A stretch of 64,000 bases of DNA from Eledone cirrhosa (Eukaryota), in NCBI GenBank assembly GCA_964016885.1, contig OZ024748.1, positions 46,252,001-46,316,000 of the forward strand, given 5' to 3'. Made by a program: the position numbers and the translations under genes. This document shows positions 11,301 through 23,300 of the stretch, piece by piece. The notes under the pieces are model-generated. The model was not told the origin of the DNA. It did not search any database and saw nothing but the letters and a program-made list of their open reading frames with translations. How positions within the stretch are numbered: position 1 is the first letter of the stretch; the number at the start of each line of letters is the position of its first letter.

Positions 11301-14300
11301 GTAGTGGTTGTTGTTGGTAGTGTAGTGGTTGTTGTTGGTAGTGTAGTGGTGGTTGTTGGTAGTGTAGAGTTTGTTGTTGGTAGTGTAGTGGTGGTTGTTG
11401 GTAGTGTAGTGGTGGTTGTTGGTAGTGTAGTGGTTGTTGTTGGTAGTGTAGTGGTGGTTGTTGGTAGTGTAGTGGTTGTTGGTAGTGTAGTCGTTGATGT
11501 CGGTAGTGTAGTGGTTGTTGTTGGTAGTGTAGAGGTTGTTGTTGGTAGTGTAGAGGTTGTTGTTGTTGGTAGTGTAGTGGTTGTTGTTGGTATTGTAGTG
11601 GTGGTTGTTGGTAGTGTAGTGGTTGTTGTTGGTAGTGTAGTGGTTGTTGGTAGTGTAGTGGTGGTTGTTGGTAGAGTAGTGGTTGTTGTTGGTAGTGTAG
11701 TGGTTGTTGGTAGTGTAGTGGTGGTTGTTGATAGTGTAGTGGTTGTTGTTGGTAGTGTAGTGGTTGTTGTTGGTAGTGTAGTGGTTGTTGTTGTTAGTGT
11801 AGTAGTGGTTGTTGGTAGTGTAGTGGTTGTTGTTGGTAGTGTAGTGGTTGTTGTTGGTAGAGTAGTGGTGGTTTTTGGTAGTGTAGTGGTTGTTGATGGT
11901 ATTGTAGTGGTTGTTATTGGTAGTGAAGTGGTTGTTGTTGGTAGTGTAGTGGTGGTTGTTGGTAGTGTAGTGGTGGTGTTTGGTAGTGTAGTGGTTGATG
12001 TTGGTAGTGTAGTGGTTGTTGTTGGTAGTGTAGTGGTTGTTGTTGGTAGTGTAGTGGTTGTTGTTGGTGGTGTAGTGGTCGTTGCTAGTACTGTACTGGT
12101 TGTTGGTAGTGTTGGTTCTGTTGTTGTTGGTAGTGTTGGTTCTGTTGTTGTTGGTGTTGGTTCTTTTGTTGTTGGTAGTGTTGGTTCTATTGTTGGTAGT
12201 GTTGGTTCTTTTGTTGTTGGTAGTGTTGTTTCTGTTGTTGTTGGTAGTGTTGGTTCTGTTGTTGTTATTGTTGTTGGTTCTGTTGTTGTTGTTGTTGCTG
12301 TTGGTAGTATTGGTTCTGTTGTTGTTGGTAGTGTTGGTTCTGTTGTTGGTAGTGTTGTTTCTGTTGTTGTTGGTAGTGTTGGTTCTGTTGTTGTTGTTGT
12401 TGTTGTTGTTGATTCTGTTGTTGTTGTTGTTGGTGGTAGTATTGGTTCTGTTGTTGTTGGTAGTGTTGGTTCAGTTGTTGGTAGTGTTGGTTCTGTTGTT
12501 GTTGGTAGTGCTGGTTCTGTTGTTGTTGGTAGTGTTGGTTCTGTTGTTGTTGGTAGTGTCGGTTCTGTTGTTGTTGGTCGTGTTGGTTCTGTGGTTGTTG
12601 GTAGTGTTGGTTCTGTTGTTGTTGGTAGTGCTGGTTCTGTTGTTGTTGGTAGTATTGTTCCTGTTGTTGTTGGTAGTGATTGTTCTATTGTTGTTGGTAG
12701 TGTTGTTTCTCTTGTTGTTGGTAGTGTTGGTTCTGTGGTTGTTGTTAGTGTTGGTTCTGTGGTTGTTGGTAGTGTTGGCTCAGTTGTTGTTGATAGTGTT
12801 GGTTCTGTTGTTGTTGGTAGTATTGTTCCTGTTGTTGTTGGTAGTGATTGTTCTATTGTTGTTGGTAGTTTTGTTTCTCTTGTTGTTGGTAGTGTTGGTT
12901 CTGTGGTTGTTGGTAGTGTTGGTTCTGTGGTTGTTGGTATTGTTTGTTCTGTTGTTGTTGGTAGTTTTGGTTCTGCTGTTGTTGGTACGGTTGGTTCTGT
13001 TGTTGCTGGTAGTGTTGGTTCTGTGGTTTTTGGTAGTGTTTGTTCTGTTGTTGTTGGTAGTGTTGGTTCTGTTGTTGTTGGTAGTGTTGGTTCTGCTGTT
13101 GTTGGTAGTGTTGGTTCTGTTGTTGTTGGTAGTGTTGGTTCTGTGGTTGTTGGTAGTGTTTGTTCTGTTGTTGTTGGTAGTGTTTGTTCTGTTGTTGTTG
13201 GTAGTGTTGGTAGTGTTGGTTCTGTTGTTGTTGTTAGTGTTGGTTCTGTGGTTGTTGGTAGTGTTTGTTCTGTTGTTGTTGTTGGTGGTGTTGGTTCTGT
13301 TGTTGTTGGTAGTGTTGGTTCTGTGGTTGTTGGTAGTGTTGGTTCTGTTGTTGTTGGTAGTGTTGGTTCTGTGGTTGTTGTTGGTGGTGTTGGTTCTGTT
13401 GTTGTTGGTAGTGTTGGTTCTGTGGTTGTTGGTAGTGATGGTTCTGTTGTTAGTAGTGTTGGTTCTGTTGTTGTTGGTAGTGTTGGTTCTGTTGTTGTTG
13501 GTAGTGATGGTTCTGTTGTTAGTAGTGTTGGTTCTGTTGTTGTTGGTAGTGTTGGTTCTGTGGTTGTTGGTAGTGTTGGTTCTGTTGTTGTTGGTAGTGT
13601 TGGTTCTGTGGTTGTTGGTAGTGTTGGTTCTGTTGTTGTTGGTAGCGTTGGTTCTGTGGTTGTTGGTAGTGTTGGTTCTGTTGTTGTTGGTAGTGTTGGT
13701 TCTGTTGTTGTTGGTAGTATTGGTTCTGTTGTTGTTGGTAGTGTTGGTTCTGTTGTTGTTGGTAGCGGTGGTTCTGTGGTTGTTGGTAGTGTTGGTTCTG
13801 TTGTTGTTGGTAGTGTTGGTTCTGTTGTTGTTGGTAGTGTTGGTTCTGTGGTTGTTGGTAGTGTTGGTTCTGTTGTTGTTGTTGGTAGTGTTGGTTCTGT
13901 TGTTGTTGGTAGTGTTGGTTCTGTTGTTGTTGGGAGTGTTGGTTCTGTTGTTGTTGGTAGTGTTGGTTCTGTTGTTGTTGTTGGTAGTGTTGGTTCTGTT
14001 GTTGTTGGTAGTGTTGGTTCTGTTGTTGTTGGTAGTGTTGGTTCTGTTGTTGTTGGGTGTGTTGGTTCTGTTGTTGTTGGTAGTGTTGGTTCTGTTGTTG
14101 TTGTTAGTGGTGTTGGTTCTGTTAGTGTTGGTAGTGTTGGTTCTTTTGTTGTTGTTGGTAGTGTTGGTTCTGTTGTTGTTGGTAGTGTTCGTTCTGTTGT
14201 TGTTGTTGGTAGTGTTGGTTCTGTTGTTATTGGTAGTGTTGGTTCTGTTGTTGTTGGTAGTGTTGGTTCTGTTGTTATTGTTGGTAGTGTTGTTGTTGGT

Positions 14301-17300
14301 AGTGTTGGTTCTGTTGTTGTTGTTGGTAGTGTTGGTTCTGTTGTTGTTGGTAGTGTTGGTTCTGTTGTTGTTGGGAGTGTTGGTTCTGTTGTTGTTGGTA
14401 GTGTTGCTTCTGTTGTTGTTGTTGGTAGTGTTGGTTCTGTTGTTGGTGGTAGTGTTGGTTCTGTTGTTGTTGGTAGTGTTGGTTCTGTTGTTGTTGGTAG
14501 TGTTGGTTCTGTTGTTGTGTTTGGTTGTGTTGGTTCTGTGGTTGTGTTTGGTAGTGTTGGTTCTGTGGTTGTTGGTAGTGTTGGTTCTGTTGCTGTTGTT
14601 GGTAGTGTTGGTTCTGTTGTTGTTGGTAGTGTTGGTTCTATTGTTGTTGGGAGTGTTGGTTCTGTTGTTGTTGGTAGTGTTGGTTCTGTTGTTGTTGTTG
14701 GTAGTGTTGGTTCTGTTGTTGTTGGTAGTGTTGGTTCTGTTGTTGTTGGTAGTGTTGGTTCTGTTGTTGTTGGGAGTGTTGGTTCTGTTGTTGTTGGTAG
14801 TGTTGGTTCTGTTGTTGCTGTTGGTGGTGTTGGTTCTGTTAGTGTTGGTAGTGTTGGTTCTTTTGTTGTTGTTGGTAATGTTGGTTCTGTTGTTGTTGGT
14901 AGTGTTCGTTCTGTTGTTGTTGTTGGTAGTGTTGGTTCTGTTGTTGTTGGTTGTGTTGGTTCTGTTGTTGTTGCTAGTGTTGGTTCTGTTGTTATTGGTA
15001 GTGTTGGTTCTGTTGTTGTTGGTAGTGTTGGTTCTGTTGTTATTGGTAGTGTTAGTTCTCTTGTTGTTCTTGGTAGTGTTGGTTCTGTTGTTGTTGGTAG
15101 TGTTGGTTCTGTTGTTGTTGGTAGTATTGGTTCTGTTGTTGTTGTTGGTAGTGTTGGTAGTGTTGTTGTTGGTAGTGTTGATTCTGTTCTTGTTGTTGGT
15201 AGTGTTGGTTCTGTTGTTGTTGGTAGTGTTGGTTCTGTTGTTGTTGGTAGTGTTGGTTCTGTTGTTGTTGGTAGTGTTTGTTCTGTTGTTGTTGGTAGTG
15301 TTTGTTCTGTTGTTGTTGGTAGTGTTGGTTCTGTTGTTGTTGGTAGTGTTGGTTCTTTTGATGTTGTTGATAGTGATGGTTCTGTTGTTGTTGGTAGTAT
15401 TGGTTCTGTTGTTGTTGTTAGTGGTGTTGGTTCTGTTAGTGTTGGTAGTGTTGGTTCTTTTGTTGTTGTTGGTAGTGTTGGTTCTGTTGTTGTTGGTGGT
15501 GTTCGTTCTGTTGTTGTTGTTGGTAGTGTTGGTTCTGTTGTTATTGGTAGTGTTGGTTCTGTTGTTGTTGGTAGTGTTGGTTCTGTTGTTATTGTTGTTG
15601 TTGGTAGTGTTGGTTCTGTTGTTGTTGTTGGTAGTGTTGGTTCTGTTGTTGTTGGTAGTGTTGGTTCTGCTGTTGTTGGGAGTGTTGGTTCTGTTGTTGT
15701 TGGTAGTGTTGCTTCTGTTGTTGTTGTTGGTAGTGTTGGTTCTGTTGTTGGTGGTAGTGTTGGTTCTGTTGTTGTTGGTAGTGTTGGTTCTCTTGTTGTT
15801 GTTGGTAGTGTTGGTTCTGTTGTTGTGTTTGGTTGTGTTGGTTCTGTGGTTGTGTTTGGTAGTGTTGGTTCTGTGGTTGTTGGTAGTGTTGGTTCTGTTG
15901 CTGTTGTTGGTAGTGTTGGTTCTGTTGTTGTTGGTAGTGTTGGTTCTGTGGTTGTTGGTAGTGTTGGTTCTGTTGCTGTTGTTGGTAGTGTTGGTTCTGT
16001 TGTTGTTGGTAGTGTTGGTTCTGTTGTTGTTGGGAGTGTTGGTTCTGTTGTTGTTGGTAGTGTTGGTTCTGTTGTTGTTGGGAGTGTTGGTTCTGTTGTT
16101 GTTGGTAGTGTTGGTTCTGTTGTTGTTGTTGGTGGTGTTGGTTCTGTTAGTGTTGGTAGTGTTGGTTCTTTTGTTGTTGTTGGTAATGTTGGTTCTGTTG
16201 TTGTTGGTAGTGTTCGTTCTGTTGTTGTTGTTGGTAGTGTTGGTTCTGTTGTTGTTGGTTGTGTTGGTTCTGTTGTTGTTGGTTGTGTTGGTTCTGTTGT
16301 TGTTGCTAGTGTTGGTTCTGTTGTTATTGGTAGTGTTGGTTCTGTTGTTGTTGGTAGTGTTGGTTCTGTTGTTATTGGTAGTGTTAGTTCTCTTGTTGTT
16401 GTTGGTAGTGTTGGTTCTGTTGTTCTTGGTAGTGTTGGTTCTGTTGTTGTTGGTAGTATTGGTTCTGTTGTTATTGGTAGTGTTTGTTCTGTTGTTGTTG
16501 TTGGTAGTGTTGGTAGTGTTGTTGTTGGTAGTGTTGGTTCTGTTCTTGTTGTTGGTAGTGTTGGTTCTGTTGTTGTTGGTAGTGTTGGTTCTGTTGTTGT
16601 TGGTAGTGTTGGTTCTGTTGTTGTTGGTTGTGTTTGTTCTGTTGTTGTTGGTAGTGTTTGTTCTGTTGTTGTTGGTAGTGTTGGTTCTGTTGTTGTTGGT
16701 AGTGTTGGTTCTTTTGATGTTGTTGATAGTGATGGTTCTGTTGTTGTTGTTAGTGTTGGATCTGCTGCTGTTGTTGGTACTGTTGGTTCTGTTGTAGTAG
16801 GTAGTGATGGTTCTGTTGTTGTTTGTAGTGTTGGTTTTGCTGTTGTTGTTGGTAGTGTTGGTTCTGTTCTTGTTGTTGGTAGTTGTGGTTCTGTTGTTGT
16901 TGTTAGTGTTGGTTCTATTGTTGTTGGTAATGTTGGTTCTGTTGTTGTTGGTAGTGTTGGTTCTGTTGTTGTTGGTAGGATTGGTTCTGTTGTTATTGGT
17001 AGTGTTGGTTCTGTTGTTGTTGTTGGTAGTATTGGTAGTGTTGTTGTTGGTAGTGTTGGTTCTGTTCTTGTTGTTGGTAGTGTTGGTTCTGTTGTTGTTG
17101 GTAGTGTTGGTTCTGTTGTTGTTGGTAGTGTTGGTTCTGTTGTTGTTGGTAGTGTTTGTTCTGTTGTTGTTGGTAGTGTTGCTTCTGTTGTTATTGGTAG
17201 TGTTGTTTCTTTTGATGTTGTTGATAGTGATGGTTCTGTTGTTGTTGTTAGTGTTGGATCTGCTGTTGTTGTTGGTAGTTTTGCTTCTGTTGTAGTATGT

Positions 17301-20300
17301 AGTGATGGTTCTGTTGTTGTTGGTAGTGTTGGTTTTGCTGTTGTTGTTGGTAGTGTTGGTTCTGTTGTTGTTGTTGGTAGTTGTGGTTCTGGTGTTGTTG
17401 TTAGTGTTGGTTCTATTGTTGTTGGTAATGTTGGTTCTGTTGTTGTTGGTAGTGTTGGTTCTGTTGTTGTTGGGAGTGTTGGTTCCGTTGTTGTTGGTAG
17501 TGTTGCTTCTGTTGTTGTTGTTGGTAGTGTTGGTTCTGTTGTTGGTGGTAGTGTTGGTTCTGTTGTTGTTGTTGGTAGTGTTGGTTCTGTTGTTGTGTTT
17601 GGTTGTGTTGGTTCTGTGGTTGTGTTTGGTAGTGTTGGTTCTGTGGTTGTTGGTAGTGTTGGTTCTGTTGCTGTTGTTGGTAGTGTTGGTTCTGTTGTTG
17701 TTGGTAGTGTTGGTTCTGTTGTTGTTGGGAGTGTTGGTTCTGTTGTTGTTGGTAGTGTTGGTTCTGTTGTTGTTGTTGGTAGTGTTGGTTCTGTTGTTGT
17801 TGGTAGTGTTGGTTCTGTTGTTGTTGGTAGTGTTGGTTCTGTTGTTGTTGGGAGTGTTGGTTCTGTTGTTGTTGGTAGTGTTGGTTCTGTTGTTGTTGTT
17901 GGTGGTGTTGGTTCTGTTAGTGTTGGTAGTGTTGGTTCTTTTGTTGTTGTTGGTAATGTTGGTTCTGTTGTTGTTGGTAGTGTTCGTTCTGTTGTTGTTG
18001 TTGGTAGTGTTGGTTCTGTTGTTGTTGGTTGTGTTGGTTCTGTTGTTGTTGCTAGTGTTGGTTCTGTTGTTATTGGTAGTGTTGGTTCTGTTGTTGTTGG
18101 TAGTGTTGGTTCTGTTGTTGTTGTTGGTAGTTGTGGTTCTGGTGTTGTTGTTAGTGTTGGTTCTATTGTTGTTGGTAATGTTGGTTCTGTTGTTGTTGGT
18201 AGTGTAGGTTCTGTTGTTGTTGGTAGTGTTGGTTCTGTTGTTGTTGGTAGTGTTGGTTCTGTTGTTGTTGGTATTGTTGGTTCTGTTGTTGTTAGTATTG
18301 TTGGTTCTGTTGTTGCTAATGTTGTTTCTGTTGTTGTTTGTAGTGTTGGTTCTGTTGTTGTTGGTAGTGTTGGTTCTGTTGTTGTTGTTGGTAGCGTTGG
18401 TTCTGTTGTTGTAGGTAGTGTTGGTTCTGTTGTTGTTGGTAGTGTTGGTTCTGTTTTTGTTGGGAGTGTTGGTTCTGTTTTTGTTGGTATTGATGGTTCT
18501 GTTGTTGTTGGTAGTGTTGGTTCTGTTGTTGTTGGTAGTGTTGGTTCTGTTGTTGTTGGTAGTGATTGTTCTATTGTTGTTGGTATTGTTGTTTCTGTTG
18601 TTGTTGGTAGTGCTGGTTTTGTTGTTGTTTGTAGTGTTGGTTCTGTTGTTGTTGTTGGTAGTGTTGGCTCTGTTGTTATGGGTAGTGTTGGCTCTGTTGT
18701 TGTTGGTAGTGATGGTTCTGTTGTTGTTGTTGGTAGTGTTGGTTCTGTTGTTGTTGTTGGTAGCTTTGGTTCTGTTATTGGTAGTGTTGGTTCTGTTGTT
18801 GTTGTTAGTGTTGGTTCTGCTGATGTTGTTAGTGGTGGTTCTGTTGTTGTTGGTAGTGTTGGTTCTGTTTTTGTGGGTAGTGTTGGTTCTGTTGTTGTTG
18901 GTAATGATGGTTCTGTTGTTGTTGGTAGTGTTGGTTCTGCTGATGTTGTTAGTGGTGGTTCTGTTGTTGTTGGTAGTGTTGGTTCTGTTCTTGTTTGTAG
19001 TGTTGGTTCTGTTGTTGTTGGTAATGATGGTTCTGTTGTTGTTGGTAGTGTTGGTTCTGTTGTTGTTGTTGGTAGTATTGGTTCTGTTGTTGTTGGTAGT
19101 TTTGGATCTGTTGTTGTTGTTAGTGTTGGTTCTGTCGTTGTTGGTAGTGTTTGTTCTGTTGTTGTTGGAAGTGTTGGTTCTGTTGTTGTTGGTAGTGTTG
19201 GTTCTGTTGTTGTTGGTAGTGTTGGTTCTGTTGTTGTTGGTAGTGTTGGTTCTGTTGTTGTTGGTAGTGTTGGTTCTGTTGTTGTTGTTGGTAGTGTTGG
19301 TTCTGTTGTTGTTGGTAGTGTTTGTTCTGTTGTTGTTGGAAGTGTTGGTTCTGTTGTTGTTGGTAGTGTTGGTTCTGTTGTTGTTGGTAGTGTTGGTTCT
19401 GTTGTTGTTGGTAGTGTTTGTTCTGTTGTTGTTGGTAGTGATGGTTCTGTTGTTGGTGGTAGTGTTGGTTCTGTTGTTGTTGGTAGTGTTGGTTCTGTTG
19501 TTGTTGGTAGTGTTTGTTCTGTTGTTGTTGGTAGTGATGGTTCTGTTGTTGTTGGTAGTGTTGGTTCTGTTGTTGTTGGTAGTGTTGGTTCTGTTGTTGT
19601 TGTTGGTAGTGTTGGTTCTGTTGTTGTTGGTAGTGTTTGTTCTGTTGTTGTTGGAAGTGTTGGTTCTGTTGTTGTTGGTAGTGTTGGTTCTGTTGTTGTT
19701 GGTAGTGTTGGTTCTGTTGTTGTTGGTAGTGCTGGTTCTGTTGTTGTTGGTAGTGTTGGTTCTGTTGTTGTTGGTAGTGCTGGTTCTGTTGTTGTTGGTA
19801 GTGTTGGTTCTGTTGTTGTTGGTCGTGTTGGTTCTGTTGTTGTTAGTAGTGTTGGTTCTGTTGTTGTTGGTAGTGTTGGTTCTGTTGTTGTTGGTAGTGT
19901 TGGTTCTGTTGTTGTTGGTAGTGTTGGTTCTGTTGTTGTTGTTGGTAGTGTTGGTTCTGTTGTTGTTGTTGGTAGTGTTGGTTCTGTTGTTGTTGCTAGT
20001 GTTGGTTCTGTTGTTGTTAGTAGTATTGGTTCTGTTGTTGTTGGTAGTGTTGGTTCTGTTTTTGTTGGTAGTGTTGGTTCTGTTGTTGTTGGTAGTTTTG
20101 TTTCTGTTGTTGTTGTTGGTAGTGTTGGTTCTGTTGTTGTTGTTGGTAGTGTTGGTTCTGTTGTTGTTGGTAGTGTTGGTTCTGTTGTTGTTGGTAGTGT
20201 TGGTTCTGTTGTTGTTGGTAGTGTTGGTTCTGTTGTTGTTGTTGGTAGTGTTGGTTCTGTTGTTGTTGGTAGTGTTGGTTCTGATGTTGTTGGTAGTGTT

Positions 20301-23300
20301 GGTCCTGTTGTTGTTGGTAGTGTTGGTTCTGTTGTTGTTGGTAGTGATGGTTCTGTTGTTGTTGGTAGTGTTGGTTCTGTTGTTGTTGTTGGTAGTGTTG
20401 GTTCTGTTGTTGTTGTTGTTGGTAGTGTTGGTTCTGTTGTTGTTGTTGGTGTCGGTTCTGTTGTTGTTGGTATTGTTGGTTTTGTTGTTGTTGGTAGTGT
20501 TGGTTCTGTTGTTGTTGGTAGTGTTGGTTCTGTTGTTGTTGGTAGTTTTGGTTCTGTTGTTGTTGGTAGTGTAGGTTCTGTTGTTGTTAGTTGTGTTGGT
20601 TCTGTTGTTGTTGGTAGTGTTGGTCCTGTTGTTGTTGGTAGTGTTGGTTCTGTTGTTATTGTTGGTAGTGTTGGTTCCGTTGTTGTTGGTAATGTAGGTT
20701 CTGTTGTGGTTGGTAGTATTGGTTCTGTTGTTGTTGGTAGTGTTGGTTCTGTTGTTGTTGGTAGAGTTGGTTCTGTTTTTGTTGGTAGTGTTGGTTCTGT
20801 TGTTGTTGTTGGTAGTGTTGGTTCTGCTGTTGTTGTTGGTAGTGTTGGTTCTGCTGTTGTTGTTGGTAGTTTTGGTTCTGTTGTTGTTGGTAGTGTTGGT
20901 TCTGTTGTTGGTAGTGTTGGTTCTGTTGTTGTTGGTAGTGATGTTTCTGTTGTTGTTGGTAGTGTTGGTTCTGTTGTTGTTGGTAGTGTTTGTTCTGTTG
21001 TTGTTGGTAGTGTTGGTTCTGTTGGTGTTGGTAGTGTTTGTTCTGTTGTTGTGGGTAGTGTTGGTTCTGTTGTTGTTGGTAGTGTTTGTTCTGTTGTTGT
21101 TGGTAGTGTTGGTTCTGTTGTAGTTGGTAGTGTTGGTTCTGTTGTTGTTGTTGTTAGTGTTGGTTCTGTTGTTGTTGTAGGTAATGATGTTTCTGTTGTT
21201 GTTGGTAGTGTTGGTTCTGTTGTTGTTGTTGGTAGTGTTGGTTCTGTTGTTGTTGGTAGTGTTGGTTCTGTTGTTGTTGGTAGTGTTGGTTCTGTTGTTG
21301 TTGGTAGTGTTGGTTCTGTTGTTGTTGGTAGTGTTGGTTCTGTTGTTGTTGTTGGTAGTGTTGGTTCTGTTGTTGTTGTTGGTAGTGTTGGTTCTGTTGT
21401 TGTTGGTAGTGTTGGTTCTGTTGTTGTTGGTAGTGTTGGTTCTGTTGTTGTTGTTGGTAGTGTTGGTCCTGTTGTTGGTAGTGTTGGTTCTGTTGTTGTT
21501 GGTAGTGATGTTTCTGTTGTTGTTGTTGGTAGTGATGGTTCTGTTGTTGTTGGTAGTGTTGGTTCTGCTGTTGTTGTTGGTAGTGTTGGTTCTTCTGTTG
21601 TTGTTGGTAGAGTAGGTTCTGTTGTTGTTGGTAGTGTTGGTTCTGTTGTTGTTGGTAGTTTTGGTTCTGTTGTTGTTGGTAGTGTTGGTTCTATTGTTGT
21701 TGTTGGTAGTGTTGGTTCTGTTGGTGTTGGTAGAGTAGGTTCGGTTGTTGTTGGTAGTGTTGGTTCTGCTGTTGTTGTTGGTAGAGTAGGTTCTGTTGTT
21801 GTTGGTAGTGTAGGTTCTGTTGTTGTTGTTAGTGTTGGTTCTGTTGTTGTTGGTATTGTTGGTTCTGTTGTTGTTGGTAGTGTTGGTTCTATTGTTGTTG
21901 TTGGTAGTGTTGGTTCTGTTGTTGTTGGTAGTGTTGGTTCTGTTGTTGTTGGTATTGTTGGTTCTGTTGTTGTTGGTAGTGTATGTTCTGTTGTTGTTGG
22001 TAGTGTTGGTTCTGTTGTTTTTGGTAGTGTTAGGTCTGTTGTTGTTGGTAGTGTTGGTTCTGTTGTTGTTGTCGGTAGTATTGGTTCTGTTGTTGTTGGT
22101 AGTGTTGGTTCTGTTGTTGTTGTTGGTAGTGTTGGTTCTGTTGTTGTTGGTAGTATTGGTTCTGTTGTTGTTGGTAGTGTTGGTTCTGTTGTTGTTGGTA
22201 GTGTTGGTTCTGTTGTTGTTGGTAGTGTTGGTTCTGTTGTTGTTGGTAATGTTGGTTCTATTGTTTTTGGTAGTGTTGGTTCTGTTGTTGTTGGTAGTGT
22301 TGGTTCTGTTGTTGTTGGTAGTGTTGGTTCTGTTGTTGTAGGTAGTGTTGGTTCTGTTGTTGTTGTAGGTAGTGATGTTTCTGTTGTTGTTGGTAGTGTT
22401 GGTTCTGTTGTTGTTGGTAGTGTTGGTTCTGTTGTTGTTGGTAGTATTGGTTCTGTTGTTATTGGTAGTGTTGGTTCTGTTGTTGTTGTAGGTAGTGATG
22501 TTTCTGTTGTTGTTGGTAGTGTTGGTTCTGTTCTTGTTGTTGGTAGTGTTGGTTCTGTTGTTGTTGGTAGTGTTGGTTCTGTTGTTGTTGGTAGTTTAGG
22601 TTCTGTTCTTGTTGTTGGTAATGTTGGTTCTGTTGTTGTTGGTAGTGTTGGCTCTGTTGTTGTTGGTAGTGTTGGTTCTGTTGTTGTTGGTAGTATTGGT
22701 TCTGTTGTTGTTGGTAGTGTTGGTTCTGTTGTTGTTGTAGGTAGTGATGTTTCTGTTGTTGTTGTTAGTGTTGGTTCTGTTTTTGTTGTTGGTAGTGTTG
22801 GTTCTGTTGTTGTTGGTAGTGTTGGTTCTGTAGTTGTTGGTAGTGTTGGCTCTGTTGTTGTTGGTAGTGTTGGTTCTGTTGTTGTTGGTAGTGTTGGTTC
22901 TGTAGTTGGTAGTGTTGTTTCTGTAGTTGTTGGTAGTGTTGGTCCTGTTGTTGGTAGTGTTGGTTCTGTTGTTGTTGGTAGTGTTGGCTCTGTTGTTGGT
23001 AGAGTTGGTTCTGTAGTTGTTGGTAGTTTTGGCTCTGTTGTTGTTGGTAGTGTTGGTTCTATTGTTGTTGGTAGTGTTGGTTCTGTTGTTGGTAGAGTTG
23101 GTTCTGTTGTTGTTGGTAGTGTTGGTTCTGTTGTTGTTGGTAGTGTTGGTTCTGTTGTTGTTGGTAGTGTTGGTTCTGTTGTTGGTAGAGTTGGTTCTGT
23201 TGTTGTTGGTAGTGCTTGTTCTGTTGTTGTTGGTAGTGTTGGTTCTGTTGTTGTTGGTAGTGTTGGCTCTGTTGTTGTTGGTAGTGTTGGTTCTGTGGTT

